From: Sphyrna mokarran | Lineage: Eukaryota | Direction of reading: 5' to 3' | Length of the DNA: 64,000 bases | Assembly: GCA_024679065.1 (NCBI GenBank) | Contig: JAGIQG010000013.1 | Location: 43,214,001 to 43,278,000, forward strand | Shown here: piece by piece, positions 13,480 through 23,089 of the stretch | Position numbering within the stretch: position 1 is the first letter of the stretch | Layout of the letters: each line of letters starts with the position of its first letter | Position numbers and translations under genes: made by a program | Notes under the pieces: generated by a model | The model's input: the letters and a program-made list of their open reading frames with translations, nothing else | Database searches by the model: none | What the model was told of the DNA's origin: nothing

Positions 13480-14145
13480 ATGCATCTGTCTACATCAACA
13501 GGAATGAAGTGGAAATGGTTCAAGTTTCCAGGTAGCAAATCACCAACAACCTGCCCTGGTCCCTCCACACAAGTGCTATAGTTAAGAAAGCCCACCAACA
13601 CGTCTATTTTCTCAGAAAGCTAAGGAAATTTGGCATGTCTGCTACGACTCTCCCAACACTTACAGGAGAACCACAGAAAGCATCCTTTCTGGTTATACCC
13701 TATCTTGGTATGACTCCTGCTCTGAGCAAGATCACATGAAACTACAAGAGGTCATATACAAAGCCCAGTCTATCACGCAAACCACCTCCCATCCATTGAC
13801 TCAGTCTACACTACCACTGCCTCAGTAAAGCAGCCAGCATAATCAAGTTCCCCACACCTTGGATATACTCTCTCCTATTTTCTTCTGTCAGGAAAAAGAT
13901 ACAAAAGTCTGAGGTCACCTCCCAACCGATGACCTCAGATACCGGCTCTTCCCTACTGCCATCAGCCTTTTAATCGGACATATTTTATATTAAGCTGATC
14001 TTTCTCTACACCCTAGTTCTGACTGTAATACTACATTCTGCACTCTCTCCTTTCCTTCTCTGTATACAGTTTGCTTTGTCATATAGCACGCAAGAAACAA
14101 TACTTTTCAGTGTATACTAATACATGTGATAATAATCAAATCAAA
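13480..14145 (+). mobile_element. Rex1/Babar-like LINE 3' fragment
   Basis: FKFPG / KKAHQHVYFLRKL remnant; aatcaaatcaaa tail; homologous to 21683-22055 and 55281-55682. Confidence 0.75.
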
Positions 14146-14735
14146 AGTATGATTCATTTTAACTCTTCAACCATTAAAATATTGCATGTTAAGTACTTTT
14201 AAAATGAGACATTTGTAAAAGATTACTTGATAGATTTATTCACGAGGTTACAAATAATTAAGTTTACATTTCTAGAACATTAATAAACACAAAAGCTCCA
14301 GAAGTAGTCAATGTGGCAGATATAGATGAATGGAAGTTAAAGATCACGTCGCTGGAGCCAAAGTTTTCACGTCCATTTTGAAAAAGTGTACAAAAATGTA
14401 GCTGGGGATACCTGCCGTAAAATGTTGCTATAAAACCTCTTTTTAAAAAATCAGAGGTTTTTTACTTCATTATACACAATGGGATGTAATTTATTCTTAG
14501 TGGTGACCATTCTCATTACACTTGTACTTTTAAATTTGCGGTATGCGAAAAAACAAGTCAAAAAGCACAGCACCCTCTACAGAGCATTCGAGTCCAATGT
14601 GAATAGAGCAAGCAACTGTCTAGATGTTTAACCAGAATGAAAAATCATCAACGAGTTTTGTAGAGTCTGAACTCCAAAGTTGTTTTGTACTACTTCAAAC
14701 TTCAAACAAAATGAAGTACAAGCTTCATCCAAAGT

Positions 14736-14844
14736 TGGATGAAGGGGGAATGGTTTAGGTTAGAGGGTCACTGCTTGTTCCTAATTGGTCGGCGCAACAT
14801 CGAGGGCCGAAGGGCCTGTTCTGCGCTGTAATGTTCTATGTTCT
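14736..14844 (+). mobile_element. Young, very short CR1 3' end flanked by an AAAGT direct repeat
   Basis: ggtcggcgcaacatcgagggccgaagggcctgttctgcgctgtaatgttctatgttct with CpGs intact; AAAGT at 14731-14735 and 14845-14849. Confidence 0.85.
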
Positions 14845-14917
14845 AAAGTGTTAAATAGAACAATAAATTCCATGTATCAAGGAGTGCATGAAAAAAGGGG
14901 GAAGGAAAGATTGAAGT

Positions 14918-15096
14918 GAAAGAGACAGAGGCAGAAAAAAAAAAGAAAGGAAAATTGTTTAAAATCTCCAACAGTAATTCACATTTCTAAATTTGGTGAG
15001 TAGTTTGTCTTTTCAAAAATTCAGGTTCACTGTTACTTAAAGGTGCTGCAAAAGTCATTTTTCACAAGCACACTGCTGATATAATGCTGTTTAGTT
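14918..15096 (+). repeat. Direct repeat copy A (copy B at about 18192-18351)
   Basis: aaaatctccaacagtaattcacattt...ggtgctgcaaaagtca...gatataatgctgtttagttc is present twice. Confidence 0.9.
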
Positions 15097-16091
15097 CTCT
15101 TCTTATTCTAGTTACACAATATAAACTCCATTTTGCAAGTGTCCTATTATCAGAAACTGAATTTTAACAAGGTAGCTATGTAATTAAAAGAAAAAAATCA
15201 AAATCTGCATTTTCCTGAAGATTACATAGTTTTTAGGAGAGTAGGAAAGATGATGTCATGATTAGTAAAACCCACAACCATGTGGGACAGGCTTGATGGA
15301 CTTTTTGATCTTTTTCTACTATTTAGCATATTCATTTACTGTATAAAATGTGAAAGGTAAGGAATGCATAAAGTGGCAAGAAAAATAATAAAATTATACA
15401 ATGCAGATGACAGAGGTATTTTTGGAATAATATTCCCTTCTGCCCATCAGGAAGAACATACAGCAGTATAATTAGGGCTTATGTATGAATCAATGCAATG
15501 ACATTCAAATGAAATGTGTTATGAATAACAACCACTGTGGTAGAAATGTTAACTTTAACTCCATACAGTCTGAAGGATTTGAATCAATATAAAACAAAAT
15601 TTGAAATATAATTGAACAAAAGGAAAAAAGCATGAGAAATAAATGGAATTAGCTACAGCTGGCACTGCGTCACCTTCTTCTGAAAACAAAATGAAAGGGA
15701 ATAGTTTGGACAGATCATTTTATCCCTTGGAGTGAAATTTTAAGGTTAAGATTACCTAATAGTTCACCAGCTTAAAGTTGTAAAGTTTATTTATTAGTGT
15801 CACAAGTAGGCTTACATTAAAACTGCAATGAAGTTACTGTGAAAATCCCCCAGTCACCATACTATGAACAGCTAATGAAAAAGACTGGGTGCATCTAGTT
15901 TGCCTTTTTCATCCTGGTTGTCACTTAATGCAATGATAAAACAGACATTGATTAATTATCGCACTCAATCTCTATCCATTAGCCTACAACAGAAAACTAA
16001 AACTACCAAACAAAACCACAGAGAAGGGGTTTTGGAAACCATAGGTGCAAAGTCAACAATTTCCTCCTAAGTATGCTAAACTTACCACATA

Positions 16092-16985
16092 TTGGGCCCA
16101 ATTCTCCCAAAAAAGTGCTGGATTGGTGGGACTTGTTTTCTCAAAGGGAATTCAGACTCAAATCTCCTACACTCTGTGCATAGCAGAAATCACAACTGTG
16201 ATTATTAAAAGCTCTGGCGCAAGGTTTATTCACCCCAGAGTCTGACAGTTTCAGACCTCTGCGCATGAGTAGTGGCCCCAAACTGTCAGATGGTAGTTGC
16301 TGGTCAGCGCCACCGCCATGGTCCACACAAGCATTCTCGGACCAGTCCCCCACCCCATATCCAAGAGCATCACAATCTCCAGCACCCCCCCACCAGCAGT
16401 GAAGATACCCCCCTTCCCACTCGGGAGTCAAATTCTCCCTCAGCAGACCACCCTCTCTCCTCCCCCAGCCTGTCCCGATTGCTACCTCCCTCCAGCCCCA
16501 ACTGATCCTATCTGCATACTGACAGCTGAACTGTTCCACACCCCCACCCACACCCTCTATCCAGTGACATGGGCACTTTGCCTTTTGCACAATGCCAAGG
16601 GCACAAGCTGGCACTGCCAGTGTGCCCATACCCAGGGAGCACCATCCTTACTGCCTGATCTCCCGGGGGCACTAATTGGTCCCCCTTCATTCCAATGGGG
16701 TCTCCTGCAAATCAGGCTACTCTAAACCCTGCTGGAATGAAATACTCCTGGCGGGGTGAGAGATGCTATGGGGCCTGGAAAATTCAGTCCTGGGCCCAAT
16801 AATGACATTTAAAATAGATTTAAATCACTTACCTTATCTTCCCGCTAGTTTCCAGCCTGGTGCCGTTCTACAGCAGTGGGAGACATGCATGCATCAGAAC
16901 ACATGAGCAAATCCCGCAAAATGGCCAACATGCGCATCTCCCAATATGACGCACATGCACGTTGGGTTGGGAGAATTGGGCCCAA
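16092..16985. mobile_element. Non-autonomous DNA transposon with perfect 19-bp terminal inverted repeats (possibly PIF/Harbinger)
   Basis: ttgggcccaattctcccaa (16092-16110) and ttgggagaattgggcccaa (16967-16985); GC-rich interior; TSD unresolved. Confidence 0.8.
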
Positions 16986-17147
16986 CATGTCTCAAATTAC
17001 TCAACACAAATCAATACTTACTGCTTCCTCTAACTCTCTGGGGAGTCTTTTCCAATAGACTGATCACTTACTCACTGAAATACTGGACAATTATTCCATT
17101 TAAAATGTAAAACGTGAATAGCTGGGCTTAAAGTTTTTCTCTTCTAC

Positions 17148-17269
17148 CTGAGTAATTGCCTCTGCAAAATCGGCAGATTAGGCCTCTGTGTAATCCTCAT
17201 GGTTGCCAGAAGGTCATCAGTGCAGAACAGCCAACTTCGATCATTTGAACACGGAGCGTCCACTAGTAT
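17148..17269 (-). CDS. NSUN3: NSUN3 coding exon 5 with motif IV (ILVDAPCSNDRSWLF...LQRQLLR)
   Basis: Absent from the ORF track and read by hand: ttttcttag|ATA to AG|gtagaa, 122 nt, phase 0 to 2; DAPCS release cysteine. Confidence 0.95.
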
Positions 17270-20200
17270 CTAAGAAAAAAAAATCAAACTAGTACAAAAA
17301 CACTAAAGTTACTTCAAAAAACATACAAGTTCAAGTGACAAAAAGTCTTTCATCAAAATCCTTGTTTCCAATTTAATGTCAGCATCCCAAACCAAGGTTC
17401 ACTGCTCTGATGAAAGATCATCTAAACTCAAAATATTGACTCTTTTCTCTCTCCATAGATGCCAACAGGCCTGCTCAGATTTTCTAGCATTTTTCTATTT
17501 TTGTTTAATGTTCACCACTGCTGATTCCAAACCTCAAAATTCAGCAGATAAGATAGGCTAACATTTGGTAGCATTAGAGGGGGTATGGTACTATTAAAGG
17601 TAGCTTTTGGCTCATCTTATGCCTCATCTGTCTGCTCAGATGAATGTAAATGATCCCATGGTGTCATTCGAAAAAGGAGCAAAAAGTTAGTGAGAAAGGT
17701 GATCGAGTTAACATTTATCTTTGACCATTCACTCACTGTGAGAAATTTCATTGTGCACAGACTGGCTGTATGGTTTACCTGTAGAGGAGCAAATCCACTT
17801 CAAAAATATAATCCTTAGTTGCAAAGGGCACTTTTCCCTTTCTTTTGCAAAGTCATTGTACACTGCACAATTTAGTGACTACTTGAAGGATAAGATATGT
17901 CTGGAGATTTGTCAAAAGTAAACATAGTTTACTTTGCAGGAAAAGATGGCACATCTAAAAAGGACCACTATAGTAAAATAACAGTGTATGGTCTGACAAC
18001 TGTATGGTCAGTTAAAAAGTGAACTTGACAGCAATTTAAAAATCTCATCTATCAGCCAACGAAGCATCCATTCAGAAAAACTTCTACAAAATATTAAGAC
18101 ATTTAGGAAATTAAATCTTTGATCTGTTATTGCTGATGGGCTGTCCATTTGGACAATAGTGAATAATATGACCAAAACAGAAAGTCACGTGAGACAGATA
18201 GAGGCAGAAAGAAAAAGGAAAGTAAAATTGTTTAAAAATCTCCAACAGTAATTCACATTTGTAAATTTGGTGAGTAGTTTGTCTTTTCAAAAATCCGGGT
18301 TCACTGTTACTTAAAGGTGCTGCAAAAGTCAGATATAATGCTGTTTAGTTCATGACAGAACATTCCCCAAAGGCATAAATATAGATAGTGACATATAGAT
18401 AAGGGCAAAAGTACAACTTCTGACAGCACTGGACTCAGACACCTGACAAAGTCCAGCAAGCTAATTATAGAGTTTCAGACATTAAAAAAAACTATAGAAT
18501 TATATAAAGATATAGGCTGTCTGGGTAGGATGGCTGTTTCTGATCATCCATACTAAGACTATGTAGTTTTTATGAAAATGACAAATTAATTTTCTGTAAT
18601 TTACAAATAATGAACACCTTAGAAGATAAGTGAAGATTCGAATTGCTATTCAAAACAAAGTGAACAAGTCACAGAATCCAATTGCATCTTATTCGGATTG
18701 TCTTCTGCTAGACATGTAGCGGTCAAGCACTGTGCATAGGCAAGGAAGTAGAATAATTTCCCTCAAACAGAAATATTGAGTAAAACCTGACAACTGAGCA
18801 CCACCATGTGGCCAAGATCAATGTAACATGATATTCAAAAATTCAGCACAATTGATAATCTTTACATATGGACAGAGTCAGACAATTAATCTCAGGTTAA
18901 TTGTTGGTAGCATGTTGTCTAATTTCAGAACAGATTTGAGCACAAAATTATGTCTACCATGACCTCAGCACTTCAATAGATCTGCCCATGGAAAACACGT
19001 TGCATCAACATTTCAGGTCAAAACAGAAGTCAGCAAATTCATGGGCACTATTTGTATCTGACCACAATTCACACGAGGAAAACAGGGTGGTGGTCACACT
19101 AAATACCACCCCAACTATTTAATGACTGCAATTGCTTGTGATCTAATCACTAGATTTGTTCATTTATTAACTGCTGGAAACTGACATCTTTGGACTGATA
19201 AATCTTTGAACATTGTCTGATTAACCAGTAAAAGTACAAGATTTATGTAGCCAGGCTTATTTGTGCACACCAACTCAAACAGTCATCTGATCTTGCCAAG
19301 ATGTTGATTTTTCCGTTACTGGATGGACCTACCCAAACTATCAGTGACATCAAAGTACAGAGAGCAAGTTGTGTCTCCTTCACACAACTCAGGTCAGACC
19401 AGCATATGGCATGTACATGGTCATTGCTGAGGTTTATTTTCAGTTCAGCAGTTTTATGTTCAAGGTGGGCTGAAATCCTTGATTCAGATTCACTCATTTC
19501 AGATCAGGATGGGACAAAGTTGCGGGCGGGCCATACACAGGGGGGAATTGATTGGCACATGAACCATGATATCCTCAACTTCAACCAATGAAATCACAAT
19601 CTGGTAATTAAAACAAGAGTCTTGTTTCAGCCTTAAGAAGAGTGGAATATCATACAGCTGACAGTACAAACCACTACCAACTCAACAACCGAACTTCCCA
19701 GATCCTTGGAGTCTTTTTGTAATAGGATTGGGGGCAGGAGGGAAAGGGCGGGAGTGTTAATGCAGTGATTTTTTCACACTCAGGCTGTGGAATCACCACA
19801 GCACAACTCAATTACCTCAGATGGTTAGCTGCCAGAGGTAACATCCTACCTGATAGGACCCTAGAGGATTTCAATTTTAATTGTGTACTTATACAACACT
19901 GATCCCACTGATCCCAGAGTTTAACATACTATTTTTAATATTTTAGTCTTTTATGTCAAGTTGCAGGACAGTAGAATCAGCCAATGATGATCAACAATTT
20001 GTTTAACTATTGACGGAGAGTAGATGCGAACCAGTGAAAACAGGACCCCAGTAAGTTGCGATGTCCCACATGCTGGCTCTCCCGTTCATTTTCGTGCAGT
20101 GTTAATATGGTGCCTCAATATAATGACAGTATTTTACTGCTATAACTCTTTGAAAGCTCTGGTTACAACTTATGAACTAGATATTATTTAACAGTGAATT

Positions 20201-21682
20201 TCTCTGGCCAGTAACTTATAGCAGAGGAGGGTCCTTTATTTTTTTCAGGTCTGAAAAAAGCATCTGCGATGTCCTTTGCCTCTACAACAACAAAATCCAC
20301 AGCAAATTATCAAAAATGCAAACAAGCAAGAATGTAAGTATCCGGGAATCTGTCACATCCTACATGACCAATGATTGCTGTTGTTCTGGCAGTGATGTTA
20401 AGGATGTCAAGCAACAGCAGTAACAAGAACTTAAAAAGGTTTACAGGATGTGATGGCCCAGCAATGGACAGAAATCAGCCCAGTGATAGCAGCAGCTAAC
20501 ATTCTAAAAGTATACGGAGATGCAATTTGCCCATTAACAAGATTAGCAGATATCTAGACAGAATCAATTGTAAATTGCCCTATTAGTACCATCTTTCCTA
20601 GATAACTGACAGATCAGTGAAGGTATACATGTGCTAATTTCTGGAGTCAAGGAATTTGAGAGATGCAGACAGCCAAATCTGCAGAATAAAATACCAACAA
20701 ATTAAATGGTGTAACTGCAAAGACCTTCAGAGGAAAGAAGGCCAAAATACCATACACCTGAAAGGTTATTTTCCATCTAATAGCCAGACAGACTAAAATG
20801 ATCAAGCCTATTCCATCTAACATTTCAAGCCACAACGAACACTTTTGTACCTTTGAACCAGCAAAAGTCAGTTGCCAAGATCTGGGCATCTAAGATGCAC
20901 TTAGGGAATGTGGGTATTGTTTGGGAACTCAGAGGAAATAGTGTGTGCGTTTAATCTTTCATATATTCTTAAACTTATTGTGCATTTATCTTCCTTTCTT
21001 TTACTTTCATAAATACTCTTTATTAATTGTTTGTATAAAGATTGGACTATTTTCTCACTGGCTCTATTGAAGGATCATCCAGACTTGAAATGTTAGCTCT
21101 ATTCTCTCCCCACAGATGCTGTCATATCTGCTGAAATTTTACAGCATTTTCCATTTTTGTTTCAGATTCCAGCAGCTGCAGTATTTTTCTTTTATTTTCT
21201 CACTGGTTTGTACATGGTTTCTCACATTAATCCAAACAGACGTACACCACTATGAATGAGCGTTTCCAGCTGGGACATACTCACGTACAACATCAGTGGC
21301 ATTTGCAACAGGAGCCATGAAGAAATAGGTGGGATCAGGCACAAGGACAACAAAACTCCTTTGAGAAGTGAAGAAATGGACTGCAGGGTGGAGGTGATGA
21401 AGGTCAGAAAAACATGTCAAATAGTGGAATTCCATATTTGAAAATCCACCATTTGGTGGATACCTTCTCCACTGCATTTAATATATCCTGCTTCTGAATA
21501 ACTTTCTTTCCAAGCTAAACAGCTAAGCATTAGATAGCTGGTGAAACTTAGAGAAAAATAAGTTTATACATAATTATTGATTTGGCAATACACAATTTTC
21601 TTTAACAATCTGACATTAACTGTAGCTCAGGAAGACCTGAGTCTATGTCTCCACAGCTCTCCCTCAAATCCATTCCATGTTT

Positions 21683-22055
21683 CATGCAAATCAGCCTCCC
21701 ATCCACTGACTCTGTCTACACTTCCCGCTGCCTTGGCAAAGCAGCCAGCATAATTAAGGACCCCATGCACCCCGGACATTCTCTCTTCCATCTTCTTTCT
21801 TCAGTAAAAAGATACAAAAGTCTGAAGTCATGTACCAACCAACTCAAAAATAGCTTCTTCCCTGCTACTGTCAGACTTTTGAATGGACTTACCTTGCATT
21901 AAGTTGATCTTTGTTCACACCTTAGTTATGACTGTAACACTACATTCTGCACTCTTTCGTTTCCTTCTCTATGAATGGTATGTTTTGTCTGTATAGCGCA
22001 ATAGAAACAATACTTTTCACTGTATGTTAATACATGTGACAATAATAAATCAAAT
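21683..22055 (+). mobile_element. Rex1/Babar-like LINE 3' fragment
   Basis: KAASIIKDPMHPGHSLFHLL...KNSFFP; aataataaatcaaat tail. Confidence 0.8.
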
Positions 22056-22061
22056 GTGTTG

Positions 22062-22388
22062 ATTGCTGCTTGTGTAAAGCATTTTACAGTATTGACTAAG
22101 ATCAAGTGTAATACTGGCATCTGCACTTGGTTGAAGTCATGATGTTACATTGGACTTCATTTGAAGCAATTTTTTAAAGCAGCATCTCAGCCTTTTGCCT
22201 AAGATGCAAATAAGATCAAGCCTTGGAGGAGGTGCAATGCCTGCTCCAATCAGCTTGGATCATGTAGATCAAGCCCAAGACAGGAAAAGGCTTGTTTGTG
22301 TTGTTAGTTTGGATCTGGAATGTCTCACTTATTGAGACTTTGAATTGGGCATTGATTGAATTGAATTGGATATAAACAAAAAGAAAAA
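22062..22388 (+). other. Tandem U2 snRNA-like element with two modules and an A-rich tail; probable U2-derived retroposon
   Basis: 22092-22113 matches U2 nt 17-38 at 20/22; 22182-22205 matches U2 nt 4-27 at 21/24; several hairpins; ends in aaacaaaaagaaaaa. Confidence 0.7.
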
Positions 22389-23089
22389 TCAGTACTAAAT
22401 TTACATTTTACTCCTATGTTTCATTACCTTACTCTTGCAATCTAATAAAACACAATAATCTGAATTTAACATCTCCATAACTATTTTGTTTACTTTACAA
22501 AGATAGTTGGTAAAGTTTCCCTCTAGAATCTTTCTCTAGGGAATTTTCATAGATAGTACACAATGATTGCAGATAATCATCACATAAATCTAGAAAGTTC
22601 AACAGATCTTCCTCAAATGAACCCTTAGAAGGCATGAAGTTTAATGTTTATGAAAGATTGTTCTAGTCCTGAACTATGTTATTCTAGTTTGCTCAACTTT
22701 GACCTTTTAAACTGAGATTGTTAACTGCACTGCCTGTAATGGTAAACATCTTATTTGCTTCCTGACCAGCAGTACTGGACATGGTACAAAAATGCAAAAT
22801 TATTGAAGTTCTGTATAGGTCACTGCAACTTCCTTGTATTTGATGTTTTGGTAAGTAAACATTCAATAAACTTTTTAAGACTGTTCTCACATACCATCAT
22901 TCTCCAATGCATGAACCTGGTTTCACTCTTACTCATCCAGTGGACTGACCTCTTTTTTAAGAATCTGAAAACCTAAGTATTTACTGAAAGAATGAAGCCA
23001 CAAGACTCACCATTTAAACATGTAATGCTAATACACAAAGAATATAAATACTAGTAACTATACTCTATCTTAAATTAAAGATATTGAAA

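Noticed and set aside
18806-18830. tgtggccaagatcaatgtaacat, faintly like the U2 5' region
   Set aside because: Short, gapped, and lacking any of the family's flanking motifs; compatible with chance.
20270-21050. Possible solo LTR
   Set aside because: TG...CA termini and a TSD could not be defined.
21620-21680. Possible snRNA proximal sequence element upstream of the U2-like module
   Set aside because: No convincing PSE match at the expected spacing, so an autonomous snRNA gene is not supported at this copy.
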